Source: Lytechinus pictus (Eukaryota). Taken from it: a stretch of DNA of 64,000 nucleotides. Every line of letters starts with the position of its first letter. Positions within the stretch are counted from its first letter, which is position 1. Under the pieces are notes generated by a model. That model searched no databases. It had not been told where the DNA came from and was given only the letters and a program-made list of their open reading frames with translations. This document shows, piece after piece, positions 33,901 through 47,832 of the stretch. Made by a program: the position numbers and the translations under genes. The stretch covers positions 8,804,001 to 8,868,000 of the forward strand of contig NC_087263.1 in NCBI RefSeq assembly GCF_037042905.1. The letters run 5' to 3'.

Positions 33901-36900
33901 AAAGATGTCTTTAGGTGCAATAATTCGGCTAACCTAATATACCCCTGTCATCGATGAAAGAGAAATGCTGCTTTAACATTAGGATCCCATGAAAGCTTAT
34001 GGGTTTGTGGAATAATTCTTTGCTTCAGGCTTCATCTTAAAATTGACATGATCTTTTTTTTGTGTAGAATCCTCTCTGGTATAACTAATTAAAAGACTAC
34101 ATCACTGGGAACATTCACGCGTTAGGTGACACGGCAGATTTCATCGCCGACATGAATTTTTTTTTCATTTGTGACTCATCAATAACGATAGTAACCGTAA
34201 CAATCTGTAAGGAATTGCATACTAACCAACATTCAGTTTGATTGAGAGTGTACATTATGCTCTTGAAAGCAAATTAGTCATTGTTCCGTGGTGCATGCAA
34301 CAAAAATGAATGATGAATATTATGGAATAACGTAACATAATTGTTATCAAACGTATATCCATGGGCAAAAACATGGATACTTTTTTAAAGCAAATATTCT
34401 ATCCGATTGGGAACATGAGTACCACGAGGGGAATTTTCTTTAAATCGTCTTTATACCAGCATCAGCAATATTCAGAAATAATGTTTAATGCACATGTTTA
34501 TAAAACATGTTGAAATTATACTCTTTAAACCATGTGCATTACATCAATAATTTATTCATTCATTATTGTTTACAACGGTCTTGACTGATAATAAAATCGT
34601 TAGTATAGTATGAATCCTTATAGCTATCTCGTATCTCTATAATGATTGTTTTAATTAAATGCAACAACGTTTTTTTTTTCAATTGCCGTATTGACAATCT
34701 TTTCTCTAAAGTAGCGGTCGTAAGTTAAAGTTCATTTACCTATTCCTAAAAATATAATCAATAGCTTTGTTCCATCAGCAAATAGTCAGTGGGAGGTCTG
34801 CATTTAAGAGAAGTAGTTAAATTAGAACTATATTATTGAATCTTTGCCCCAACTTGACGAGCTTTTAACAAAACACGGGTACTCAAGTTCTGTCACATGG
34901 AGTAGGGGCAATTGATGAACCCTATTGACAAGTACTTCACAATACATTATCGACTTTCAACTAATGCAGGGCACTCGACCCAATCGAATTTTCTGCAGCT
35001 TTCGGGCAACAAATATTACAAAAAGACGATGGACTATGTCCCGTTACTTTCTAAAAAAAAAACAGGTAACCTCAACTCTCTGAGGTTTTAATCGTATACA
35101 ATTAAATTCCATAACAGTATAGTGACTCTGATAAAAAACAACTTTTCATCTGTCAGAAATCAGAATGAATGAATTCGTGATTTCCCTTAAGATATGACTT
35201 AATTCTATATTTTCATCATCTCATAGCACAAATATAAATGGTTCCATTTTGGTCAAATTCCGTTATATGGAATACGTTTTGGTAGATATAATAGGTACAT
35301 GTATATCATGATGATCGTGCCCTATTTACTCAATAAGTTTTTATCTTGACTTGTATAAACATCCAATCCGCGTAACACATTACACGTACATGTCGCCAAA
35401 TATGAAAAAAAGATACGTCGCATGACATACTTCGAACTGAAGGCACATCTATAGACTCCATTCAGCAGCTGTTAAATGCTTTAAAAAACCAAGAAAAGAC
35501 CTGAGAAAAGGCAAACCATGTCAGATACAGCGCATATCGACTTAACCATTGATGTCCACCGACAAACGTTCCGAAAATGGATCAATATTTCCTCGGCTTT
35601 GTTCATGTACGACCCCTTGTTTTATCTGCCAAGAATTTTTTTAAATGCCATCAGGCATGTAAGGTATAGGAATTCAGGAATGTCCTTTCACTGGCAAAAT
35701 CTATTTGCAAATTTGATTTTTTTTTTTTTTTGCTTTTAGTTCTTTCCAAATGTTTCCCGCTCAATTTTGTTTCGTTGCTTCTTTCATTTTGTATATATTT
35801 CTTAAAGTGTTGTCGACTATGACACCAGTGTTTGTTTAATTTTTTTTAGACCGCCAAACGTGGCAGCCTCTTTACTTTTAATCATTGAGCGCATTCAAAA
35901 TATTCAACATTTTACTGATGATGTTAACTTCACTGGCTTTCGATAAACTGCAGCTAAACTCCTGGTATCAAAATGTCGTTAAACCCATCAATCGGCCTAC
36001 GTCTTTCCATATCAGCAAATCAGAAATAGTACGAATCTAGTTCTGTTTTGACCCGAACATACTTCCTATATAAATGATTTAGATATATCAATAATCCCCT
36101 TTTCTCTCAAGAACTTTGGTGATTCTAGAAAGATAGCGATGAACAGGAAGGCTTAAAATATACTTCGAATCTCGCACGTAAAACCACAACCTGCTCCACG
36201 AATAGCACGCCGTTATGCGATGCAGCAAAAGTCGCACTGCCAGTGGTAACTTCACCAAGTTGTGGTTAAAACATATCCAGTGGAAACGGCATCTTGATCT
36301 GATATCTGATCCGAATGAGGCTTCGAGTTTAGACCACAGCGATAAATGGTTAGCCCACACACACTGTACAAAAAAAAATTACATACTCTGTTTTTAGGGA
36401 AGAAATTCGTTAAGATCAGGACGGTTGCATTACATTGATCTCTTGAGACGTGAGATCAATTTGGCAGAAGATATCTGCAGAACAGAATAATGATCAGTCC
36501 CTAAAAAAAAATCAAAATATCGTCATGGTGCAGAGACAGGGGGAAAAGGACTGATTCGTAGACCGTGTAAATGACTGGGGAAAAAATACAATGGGCTGAT
36601 GGGTGATAGCAGTAAACTTTGATACATAAACCCAAAAAACGATATTTGGGGGTTCGATCCCTTTGCTCAATATCATTCAACCAACCGAAGGGTACGTCGT
36701 GTTCTGCCCTCTCAAAATATATTCATAACCCCCCCCCCCCCCTATTTCGGGTGAAAATTGTAAGCTTAGCCTTTTCATACTCGATGAAATTTGTTTGCTA
36801 AAATTTAGTGAGCGATGTCATGCAGTGTGGTCAGCCCAATATCATCTCCCGACACACGTGGTGATTATGATAATGATTTTGCAAGAATGCTATGGAGCGC

Positions 36901-37542
36901 TGCGTGCAAGTGCATTAAACTAATGAGTATATTTATGGTAATTTAGGCTTTTCTTTCAGGGAACTCGTCACGATGGATGATATTAGTAGCAAATACCTAA
37001 TTTTGTTGTTGTTTTTGTCCTTAGAGGCTTTTGAAGAGGTAGTCAGTTGTGAATCTAGCTTTTTTGCTATGAGGGAGGTTTGACAAGTCAGTTTGACCCA
37101 ATAACGATGAGCAGGCATGTATTGCGTCCTAACCCCTCACTCCCCCTTCCCTAGATCCGACACTTCTGCTTGCGCGACTATCGTAAACAGGGAAGGGGTG
37201 TTGGAGTTTGATCCCACACTCTTTTTTTTTATTATTTTAGGACGCCAGAGGTGGGGCTAAAACCCCGAAACTCCACCCCTTTCCCCTAGATCCACCGCTG
37301 ATAGTATATCAGAAGCCATTGCAGACCTTTGCATTGCCTTTGTACATTTGACTGATTTCGTTTTAAGATCTAACCACCGTTGTCATGATGGTAGCACGAC
37401 AAATTACACTCACGGTAGCCTCTCGCTATCGTTATGACCCAAATGGGACAAACAAATACGATAAAACAAAATATCATAGCAATGACTGAAATGAATGTAA
37501 ACACAGGTTGTCGCATTTTTTCTCTCTCAGGGGAGAGATGAG

Positions 37543-38053
37543 GGTGCCATGACATTTGCCCCTGTGATAATTGCTCCGGTGTAAATTCCATTCACTAACG
37601 AATTACCAACTTCATCCCTCGATTTAACAAGATACCTTATCCTAAACCCAACATAAGACCCCAATGAAACCCTAATCCTATGGCCCGTATTCTGAAGTCG
37701 GGTTTAACTTAAACTCAGGCTTAAAGTTGTGGTTTAAGTATGGGAAGCCAAAAGTATCAAAATTTTAATTAGGTTGTATGTTTCTTATGTTTACTGTGCT
37801 CTTTCCTGATTCATTGATGGTGGAGACAATCATCTATTTATACTTCCTAGACAATTATGAATGATTTGAGAGCCAAATGAGCTGAAGTATGATATCTCTC
37901 CTGTTAGTGATTTATGGAACAATTGGCTATCCATATTTAAACCACAACTTTAAACCTGAGTTTAAGTTAAACCTGCCATCAGAATACGGGCCTATAACTT
38001 GAAGATGAAATAAAGTCCGAAGCAAGTGTCTGCGGAGCAAATGTCGTGTCACC
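37543..38053. mobile_element. MITE with CCCTAA-like interior, split by a younger MITE
   Basis: GGTGCCATGACATTTGC / GCAAATGTCGTGTCACC ends; uninterrupted relative at 55606-55807. Confidence 0.75.
37682..37992. mobile_element. Harbinger-like MITE
   Basis: ~60-bp TIR GGCCCGTATTCTGA...GGTTTAACTTAAACTCAGG..TAAAGTTGTGGTTTAA; 3-bp TSD TAT. Confidence 0.88.
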
Positions 38054-38222
38054 GGGGTGGGGTGGGGGTGGAAGAAGTTAAAAATACCTTTAATCCTGGA
38101 ATACTTTCACATTTTTCGTGCCGAATCTCATACAAGTATGCCTATCAAACACGTCATTATATTTCAATTAATGGTTGCATTCGCTTATCCTTTCTTAAAA
38201 AAAAGAAAATTCCAACCAATCG

Positions 38223-38948
38223 ATGATTTCCGAAGTCTCTATCCCTATTGTTGATGATAATCCGAGTCGTTCGGACAATAGATGCATTATCTGTGATTTG
38301 AAGAGTCAAGATCGCATCTGTATGAAATGTAAATGTATGTCAATACGAATTGATCAAATTGCCTTAGATGTTAAAAGAATGAAGAAGATCGTCGATTCTA
38401 TTCAGAATTCTTCGGCAACGAAATCCGAATCTTCGGCTTCACTTATGTCAATTAATGAAGAACAGCGTCCTAACAATAGACTATCAGCTCAAGATAATCC
38501 CCCTCGTCAGTCGAAGAGCTCCGACACGGCGCAAAATCAGCTTAATACAGGTCAAGCTAATCGCGTACCGAGATACGGGAATGACGCTTCCCGTTCCGGT
38601 TATCCAACATACGGATATCCGTCACAGCATTACCCGCCTCCGCCGTGGTACTTATACCCGACTAAGCGTCCCACTTCATATCGGCAGTCATCCACCAACA
38701 TGTATGACCATGGACCGGGTCCATGGCACGATGGACGTCAGATGCCCCCTCCTCCCCTTCCCCAATGGCCGCCATCGTCATTTCGCTCATATGCCTCAGT
38801 GACAAGAACCAATGCACCTTCTGGTCCAAACTGTTCTTTTTGCGGTGAACCTAATCACGGGTCCCATCGGTGCCGACATGGATTCGAACTTAAATGTCAC
38901 CACTGTGGTCAACTAGGACACAAATTGAAATCGTGTCCTTTCTATTAG
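38223..38948 (+). CDS. LINE ORF1 (gag-like, two CX2CX4HX4C zinc knuckles), possibly 5'-truncated
   Basis: CSFCGEPNHGSHRC and CHHCGQLGHKLKSC, preceded by CIIC..CMKC, a coiled-coil-like stretch and a Pro/Tyr-rich linker. Confidence 0.8.
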   Translation: MISEVSIPIVDDNPSRSDNRCIICDLKSQDRICMKCKCMSIRIDQIALDVKRMKKIVDSIQNSSATKSESSASLMSINEEQRPNNRLSAQDNPPRQSKSSDTAQNQLNTGQANRVPRYGNDASRSGYPTYGYPSQHYPPPPWYLYPTKRPTSYRQSSTNMYDHGPGPWHDGRQMPPPPLPQWPPSSFRSYASVTRTNAPSGPNCSFCGEPNHGSHRCRHGFELKCHHCGQLGHKLKSCPFY

Positions 38949-39139
38949 GCCAAGAAGAGAGTGCCACTTGTGAAAGAAATGATAGAAATGTAAAAGAGCT
39001 GTCTCATGAATCCGTCTTAGATTTCCCTATTCCCCCCAGTGTTTCCCCTGTTGATGCGAGATCGGTGGAAAATGATCAGAATATATTTATTAAGAGTAAA
39101 AAATTTTCCTTGCAGCATGGATTAATCCCAAACTTTAAC

Positions 39140-41992
39140 AAAGGCATTCCACTGTGTTTTTTAAACGTTAGAGGTCTTGTAAATAAATTTGATGATTTTA
39201 AATATGTTTTTTTCAAGGGCACTGTCTGATGTTGGAATAATCGGACTTAATGAAACCTTCTGCAGTGACGATATATCTAATGACGATATTTCCCTAAAGG
39301 ATTTTCAAATCTTTCGCAAGGATCGCAACAGTCGAGGTGGTGGTGTATTAGTTTACGTGTCAGCCGCGCTATCGGTATCTCGTAAAGTTGATCTTGAATG
39401 TGAAGACTTGGAAATGATTTGCCTTGAAGTCCGACCAAAATTTTCTTCACCTTTTATGTATATTTGTTTATATCGACCGCCAAATGCTACAAGGGACTTT
39501 TTCCACAAACTTGACAATGTTCTTAATAAAATGCCAGACAATATTGAGGTAGTTCTTATTGATGATTTAAATTGCAATTTTGATAAAGATAGATCATTAC
39601 CAGAAACACGCGCTCTGGAAGCACTGAATGAAACTTATCAATTTGTTCAAATGATTGACACTCCTACAAGGGTGACGCAATCAACAAGTAGTATTATTGA
39701 TGCACTACAGTGTACGAAACCAGAATTATTTACGGAATATGGTGTGATTACCTTAACTATCAGTGATCACTTTATGATTTTTGGAATTTTGTGTGGTAAA
39801 AAGATTAAGAAAGAATCCAAATGTATCACTTATAGATCATTTAAAAAGTTCAATGAGAATAGTTTTAAGCATGATTTATACAATGTAGATTGGAGTTTTT
39901 TAAATAGTGACGAAGGTATTGATTTTTTTATGGCAAAAATGGAAGCAATCTTTATTGAATGTCGTAAATGCTCATTTGCCTATTAAGTCACGGAGAGTTA
40001 AATAAAAACATACACCATGGATAACAAATGATATACGAGATGTTATGATACAACGATATAAAAAATTTAAGAAATTCATGAAATCAAAATCAGAAGAACA
40101 CTGGGTCATGTATAAACAAAGTAGAAATACAGTTAATATTATGGTCAAATCTAATAAAAAGAAATATTTTCATAAGAAAAATTTTGATTGTAAAAATAAC
40201 AGCAGCGAATTATGGAAATGTATTAAAGAATTATTACCTTCAAAACATAAATCTTCCTTGAATAAGATTGTTTTTGATGGAAATGAATATGATGATCCAC
40301 TAAATATTGCCAACCATTTTAATGATTATTTTGTGTCAGTTACCAAAGACTTGATTGAAGATTTTAGTCATGTCACTGATATTAATTCTTCACCACATGA
40401 AACTTATCATCCAAACTCATCCCAAGAAGATTTTCTTTTTAACTTACCGATAGTAAATTCCGATCAAGTCATAAAGGCTATTAAAACTTTAAATACAAAT
40501 TCGTCTTGTGGCCTTGATGGAATAAGTTGTAAAATAATTAAATTATGTGGTCACGTTTTGATTCCTTCTTTAGTATCTTTGATTAACAATTCTTTTTCAT
40601 CCTGCTCTTTTCCAAAGGAATGGAAGGAAGCTAAAAATTTTCCCCTTCACAAAAAGGGTAGTACTGAAGAAATTAGTAATTATAGGCCGATTTCAGTGTT
40701 AAGTATTGTTTCCAAGATTGTAGAAAAGATTACCAATACAGAACTAGATTCATTTCTGAATGTTTCTGGATTATTATGTGAAAGCCAATTCGGGTTTAGA
40801 AAAACCATTCAACTGAAACTGCATTAGTATATATGGTTAATGATTGGTATACAAGTATTAATAATGGGAAAATGGTCGGTGTTATTTTCATTGATTTGAA
40901 AAAGGCCTTCGATTTGGTAGATTTGGATTTGTTGTTATTAAAATTGAAAAATATGGTTTCTCACCAGACTCAATCAAATGGTTTAATTCTTATCTATTTA
41001 ATAGATCACAACGTGTTAATATAAATGGGGTACTTTCTGAAACTAAAGAGATGCGGAGAGGAGTACCGCAGGGATCCATATTGGGCCCAAAATTATTTTC
41101 CATATTTATAAATGATATGCCTAATGTATTAAAACAATCCAAAATAGTTATGTACGCAGACGATACATCTATTTATGCCGAAGGTGATAGTTTAGCTGAA
41201 ATACAAAATAAATTACAATTGGATTTAGAAAATATAGCCTGCTGGTTAGAAGATAACCGTATGATGATAAATTATGGGGAAAAAAAATGTATGATTATTG
41301 GTACACGTGTTCGACTTGCAAACTCTATTTATTCCAATGAATCTCAGTTAAAAATAATTTGTAATGGTCACCAGATCATACAAGTCAAATCCTTTGAATG
41401 TTTAGGTATACTTATTGATAATGAATTATCATGGAAAGAACATGTATCTAAAGTAGCCAATAACGTTAGCAGGAAGTTGGGTATCCTACGAAGGTTAAAA
41501 GGTTGTGTCAATGAAAATACTTTACTCACTCTATATAATGCTATGGTTTCGCCAATTCTAGATTATTGTTGTATTGTCTGGGGGGATAAATTCAAAGAAG
41601 ATACCGAAAGATTAAATAAATTACAGAAAAGAGCTGCAAGGATTATTTTAAATGCCAATTTCTTGACCCCTTAGGAAAATTTATTTGCCCTCTTAGATTG
41701 GAAAAGATTTGAAGATAGAGTTCGTATTTTCAGATTTATTTTAATGTTCAAATGTATGAAAAGTATTGCTCCCACATGTCTGCCCAAACTATTTACTTTT
41801 AGAAAAGAAATTCACTCACACTGTACAAGAAGTTCCTCACAAAATAAGTTACACTTCCCCAAATGTCATATTGAATCATTCAAACACTCATTTCATTATC
41901 AAGCCGTCTCATTATGGAATAGTCTTCAACCTGAATCTCAAAACATAAATTCCCTCTCAATTTTTAAGAAATATTTAAAAGATAACCTTTAA
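39140..41992 (+). pseudogene. LINE ORF2 (APE endonuclease + reverse transcriptase) with frameshifts and a stop
   Basis: FLNVRGL, GLNET, RKDRNSRGGGV, YRPP, DDLN (for GDxN), SDH, NYRPISVL, QFGFR, FIDLKKAFD, GVPQGSILGP, YADD, LDYC, LQKRAARII; frame breaks near 39210, 39930, 40805 and 40950, stop at 41672. Confidence 0.93.
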
Positions 41993-42616
41993 ATCCAGTT
42001 GCAGCTTTTGTCCAATAGTAGATATCTCCGATGTCAATTTCGATTATTATGTTCTATGTACAGACCCTTCTGTCTAATGATGTGCGTAGTTAATAGTTAT
42101 TTATAGTTTCGTTTATATTTGACTTCAACTATTATGTTCTATCATAATGTATGTACATTTTTTCATGTTAATTCTACTGTGTATAACAAGATATATTGTG
42201 ATTGTTTTTTTAATATGCAGGACCCCAAGGGAGAGCAATTTTTATGTTGATTGGGTATCCTGTTGAAATAGTGTTAATAAATAAATAAATAAATAAATAA
42301 AAGAACCCTTTACGCAATTCAACAGGACGATTAATATGTGTGCTGAAGAAGTAGGTACCAGTATTAAATCAATACATCAAATCTTAACCGTGTTAGCGGA
42401 TTTGAACAGCTGTGTCTGTAATTACAAACTGTTGCAAATTAAGTAAATATACTATAACCTTCTTGCATAAATACTTCTGGCGTCGTAGCTATGTACTAAA
42501 GTCGTCGTGATATGATTAATTCTCACTTCCCAAAATGTTGTCACAAGCTGTTACAGTGCCTCTACACTTAATGTGAGAAAAAAACCAAACTTACGTAGTT
42601 GCAGTGTCAAGCAATA

Positions 42617-43066
42617 AGCCAGTTCGTAGTTCCTTTCTGCGCATGATCAAAAGATTCTACGCATGATCAGAGGAAGGTCATTTGTACTAAAGTGACATGG
42701 TGGTTTAAAATCTAATCAGATAAGCACCAACTTTGATGTCTTGATTATTCATATATTCTTTTGAATTGTGGTTTTCATTTACATCCACAAAAAACAACAA
42801 TGCGTCCACGAACGACTGGTATTTCACAGTTTGCCAAGTACATTGTGCAACATGCTATGATATGCATTCAAAGTAGAAATGCAACAAATACCTTCATAAA
42901 GTGTTCATTGGTGTACTATTCTAGTCACCTGGTCTATTCAATTTCTTCATCCTGCTATGTAAGGCAAGCTTACGTAATATCTTGCTTTGAAATCTGCCTA
43001 TCATAATGAAAGAAATGAAAGGTCATTTGATCACAATTATCCATGAAGTAACTACGAACTGGTCTA
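42617..43066. mobile_element. Diverged MITE
   Basis: CCAGTTCGTAGTT (~42619) / AACTACGAACTGG (~43050) inverted ends. Confidence 0.55.
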
Positions 43067-43942
43067 TTCTTATTTAAAAAAAAACTACTGCATGTACATT
43101 GATGTATAAATGCTCTGCCAATAATTATTTTAATTCAATCGGTACAATATTTGAATTAAATCCAGGGAATCTATTTTTTCTGTTTTGACCGATAAGGAAG
43201 AGCTCCTCAGAAAGTAAAGGAATATTAGTTTAATCAATGTAACAGATTTACAGAGCTTTCAAAATATTTGCAAACGCGCGAAACATGGGATAATTGGAAT
43301 TTCAGCCAATCGTTATTATTAGTTCGTTGTTCAATAAAGACTAATTTCTTGAATACACCCATGCCCTGGATAAGATAGATCCAAATGCGTGTGTAATATG
43401 TTTCTAATGCGTCTTTAAAATTGGAAAAAGATACACAACTTGATCAACCAGATGAATTCACATTTAAGGAACGTTAATTTCTACAACTGGTATCATTAGC
43501 CTACTCACCAATGTGATAAAATGACCGCAAGTACTCGCCCATCTAGTAAATAAAATCAGTTAAATATTAGCAATTAGCCACAATTTCTCTCTGCTCTATA
43601 TAGATAGGTCTCAACCTAAAGTAATCCTTCGTGGTCTGAATTCCTTTTAGCTAAAATCTGCTTCGCCGCTATCAACCCCATCGCAAACAGAAATGTATTT
43701 GTTGTAATTTTGTCGATGGCGGCGCGCTATTTGGATTCTCGAAACACGTGATATTTTCACAACCCATGCGAACAAATAGCGAAGTCACTGGCGCAAAGTA
43801 CTAAATGGATTGGCCTTACATGTGCTAAAACAAGTTGAGTGAAGATTAAACTTACCCCCATTTCAGTGCTTGAGGATCTTGAAATGCCTTCTTCACACTC
43901 ATTGCCAAATCTAGAGGAAGACATTGGTGTTAATTAGGTTAA

Positions 43943-44637
43943 CCCTAATAGGACTGGGGGGCATGATACCCCCCCCCCCCCCTCGACGCTTCGCGCGATA
44001 TTTCCGTAACACAAAAAGATAGCGCCGAAATTTGTTATGACTTTTGTTTAAGTCTCGCACAACTTTCATGACTTTTGAGACCAAATTCGCGACATGCGGG
44101 TATACCATTGTGGCGTCATGTGACTTTTTACGAGGCAATGTCATGCCGAAAATGGCTCATTTTTATACTTTGTGTACAGTCTATGGGAGATGAAATTCGT
44201 AAAAGGGTGATTATTTTTCGTTCTCATTGGTCTGCTTAATTAATTTAGGATTTAATTTAGTTGTTAAATGGTCTGTAATAATTTCCATTGAAAAAAACAA
44301 TGAAAAACAAAGGATAAAAAAACAAAAAAAACATAAGAAAATTCTAAAAACATAGAAATACATAAGGAAAAAATTGGGTTTCGCAATTTTTCTTTGTGGA
44401 AACCTTTGAATTACAAAGATGAAATCTGCAAAAAAAAGAAGAAAATTTGAAAGTGAAATAGGGTGTTAAATATGCAAATAATGTTTTTCATTAATAAATT
44501 TGCATATTTTATTCATAATAATTAAAAAACATTTTTTTATACTATATTGTAGTTTATGTGGTAAAGGATGTGCGTGTCAAATTTCGGCGCGATCGCACGA
44601 ACGGCGATACATCTCAAATAGCCCAGTCCTTTTAGGG
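43943..44637. mobile_element. piggyBac-like non-autonomous element
   Basis: TTAA-CCCTAATAGGACTGGG ... CCCAGTCCTTTTAGGG-TTAA (15/16 TIR). Confidence 0.88.
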
Positions 44638-44726
44638 TTAATTGAGATATCGTACTTAAATTTTAATAGAATGATGAAATGCGACTTGAAAGTGTTTATA
44701 ACTCTCATTGATAGTGCATTGAAAGT

Positions 44727-44992
44727 GTGGGTCGTGTGGTCCAGTGGTTAGAGCATTAGACTCATAATCGCAAGGTTGTGAGTTCGAATCCCCACTCTGC
44801 CATTGTCTCCACTTTGATGAAAAAAGGCCCGATAGTAATATATGGCATCTATATAAGGTCAGCCAATATGACTGATAAACCTAGACGTAAAATGTTTCCT
44901 AGGTAATTGGTTGTATACCAGTTTGGCGTTTACCAGCAATACGCCGTCCTGCCGAGTTCCTACGGGAGTTACCATAAAAAGAAACAGAAAGT
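44727..44992 (+). mobile_element. tRNA-derived SINE
   Basis: A-box TGGTCCAGTGG, loop CTCATAA, B-box GTTCGAATCCC; reads on into a non-tRNA body and an A-rich end. Confidence 0.75.
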
Positions 44993-47353
44993 GGATATCA
45001 ATCCTAGCATCATTGCCCGAAACAAGGATATCTGAGCGAATACAATATAAATGGGACGCTTATAGCCCCCAAACTCAGAAAAACATACATGATAAAACAA
45101 ACGAGCAATAAGTGAACATAGGGAAGGTGTAATGACCACTATGTGCGTTACGTAATGCGGATGAATTATGGTGTGCCAGAACATAATTATGCAGCAATTA
45201 ACATGACCAAACATTAGATGTAGTGACAACGTATAACTGCAAGCACGGGTCGTCCATCGATCGTTGCACGCAATTAAACATTCTGGCCATGGGCATCAAG
45301 ACCGATACAATCACGGACATCAAGACCGATTGCAGAAGATGGATATAAATTACCCAAACAAAAACAAAACACCAGCAATTCCGGTGGCTCTGATAAACTT
45401 CAGTGAATCAATTCGGAGGAAATTAAAAGCGCGACATGTCCTTTTAAATTGATTCCGAGTCGACGCTTTGTTCGGAGATCGATTTCCCATTTGGACTGTT
45501 ACCGATGACAGAGAGAAATCCAAGCAGTTTATTGATGATGGCATCGCGATGCCGTCCGGCTCATGTTTCGCCGAGCATGAATTGTTAATGCCTCGAGAAA
45601 GAGAAAATTCCCGCGTTCATAATTTTACTGCTTCAGAACTGTCGTAGTGATGATCTTGGAAAGTGGACAATAAAACGAGACGATGATGTATTGATGCTTG
45701 GACACCTTACGACAATAAGGCGGGAGAAACGCTCCTACCTCAGCCCCACCATGGCCTTGGCAAGCGGCGGGGGTGCTGATATTATAGAAGGTTTCACAAA
45801 ATCGAGAATTTTTTTTGTTATGACAAATGGGGAAATGTAACCAAAATTACCGACACTTTGTAGTGTGTAGTAAAAACCTTTATTTTTCATATATTTGTTA
45901 TTTTTATTAATTTTTTTTTGCTTGTTAATTTTTTTGTTTTTCGAATTTAGTAACCCCCTCCCCCTTTTGGGTTTTTTTTTTAATTTACATCAGCACTCCC
46001 AGTAAAAAAAAATCGTTCCCAGTGCCCTGCCCCCACCCCCTCCAAAGGCATTGTATTCTAGGAAGAAAAGGGATTATAGAGTAACGAGAACAAAACAAAT
46101 CAATTGCAATCGAATAACAACAGATCTTAAACCTTTATTATATTTTTTTCTAAATGAGATGAATTGATTTTGTCAAGATAAATTTTGTTCAGCCCTTTAT
46201 TCATTACCGAATAAAGTACTTTCTGGGTCATCATGAAAATGTTTTAAATGAAGAACATACTTCAGTGGTGTCTAGCATGTAGATCACACACACGAAGCGT
46301 GTGTATAAGCAATATATCCAGAAAATAAGAAATGAATTCAGATGTTTGTGCATTCTCTTTGCAAGCTGTAAAAGATCTTACTTATACTATTTAGTATGTG
46401 GCTCTCAACAAAAATTCGTGACTGATAAGATCCCATAGGTCAAGTCTGAAAGATTTAATTTAACTAAATGCGTTACCACGTTTATAACACGCTCCAAAAT
46501 GGATAACCGCGTCGGATTTGAATCTGTAATTCAAGAGTCGTATCCATGTCGCGTTATAGGAATTAAAATCGTTAATAATAAATGCTTAATGCAAATGCCT
46601 GCTTCGTGCATTTGCTATCAACTCCCATTAAATACATTTTAAGAAATTATCTCGCTTTAAATCTCTTATCATATTTCCCTTTGTGAGATAATTTTGTATT
46701 CACTGGTTTACCAAGGGGCATAAATCAATGCCCGTTCAGTCATTAATGAGCTTAATGAGAACTCGTAATCATGATAATGGCCATTAAATATAACGATTCT
46801 GTTCAGCCAATTGTATCTACAGTAACTGTTATTTCGGCGGGTAGGAATATACGCAGGTGTTGAAAATTTATCGTCCAGAAGAGCACGTGATATACATGAT
46901 GTGATAGGGAAGATATAAACGGGTTTGCTAACAATGCTAATGTTTTGTTATAGAGAGAGAGAGAGAGGGGGGGCAGCACGCCTAAAAATCAAATATATCA
47001 ACACTTGAATACACACCTGATTGTACTGAGATGAAGTATGGAATAATGAATTAAAAAGTAATGGCATATCTATTATTTTTTAACACTTGGTAATATGTCA
47101 AGCGAGGAAAGGATTTCCCAATTCTGTTTTAAGTGAAAAGCAAAACATCAATAAAAATGATAAAGACCGCTAGTCAAAATGGCGACTTCTTATCAGGAAC
47201 CCCCATCATAACATGCAAATTTCCATACCACGTCTGACTCTTTTTTTTGGGGGGGACGTTTTTTTTCGACAGCCTCCGTAGCCAATCTCAACTGAACTCG
47301 GCCACAAGACAGCGTCAACAGGTTAGTGATAATTAAAAATAAGAACATTTTGA

Positions 47354-47776
47354 TGGTAAATTGCCAATTCGTCTATTGCCAACTCGTCCACTCATCACAT
47401 GGTCTACTTTCATTCAGTCTAATGCAATTCCGTCCATCAACATTTTGTCTAACAACCATTTGGTCCGTTATTCATTTGGTCCAATCATCACTTCGTCTAA
47501 TCACCATTTCGTCTATGACCATTTCGTCTCATAACCAGTTGGTCTAATATTCATTTAATTTTCATTCATTTTGCACAATCTAACACTTAGTCCAATTAGA
47601 AAAAAATTGTATATGGACTAAATGGCTATATAGGACCAACTGGTTATTAGACGGAATGGCATTAGACTAAATAAAAGTAAACCATGTGGTGGGTGGACGA
47701 ACTCGTGGTGGACTAAACGATAGTAGACTAGTTGGCAATTGGACCAATTGGCATGAGACGAATTGGAAATAAACCG
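47354..47776. mobile_element. MITE built of short internal repeats in inverted halves
   Basis: GGTAAATTGCCAATTCGTCT / AGACGAATTGGAAATAAACC ends; recurring GTCTA/GTCCA on the left and TAGAC/TGGAC on the right. Confidence 0.75.
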
Positions 47777-47779
47777 TTT

Positions 47780-47832
47780 TACTTACCCAGGGTAGCTACA
47801 TAAAACTGCTCTACCAGCAGGCCCTGCGTAAA
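47780..47832 (-). mobile_element. Very short LINE 3'-tail remnant
   Basis: CAGGGCCTGCTGGTAGAGCAG...CTACCCTGGGTAA resembles the tail stem-loop at 42218-42262. Confidence 0.5.

Larger units (their letters stand above)
38223..42301 (+). mobile_element. CR1/L2-group non-LTR retrotransposon (Crack/Daphne/L2-like), near full length, inactivated
   Basis: ORF1 with two CCHC knuckles, ORF2 with APE endonuclease and RT in several frames, 3' UTR with terminal stem-loop and (AATA)n tail; 5' end uncertain. Confidence 0.93.
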
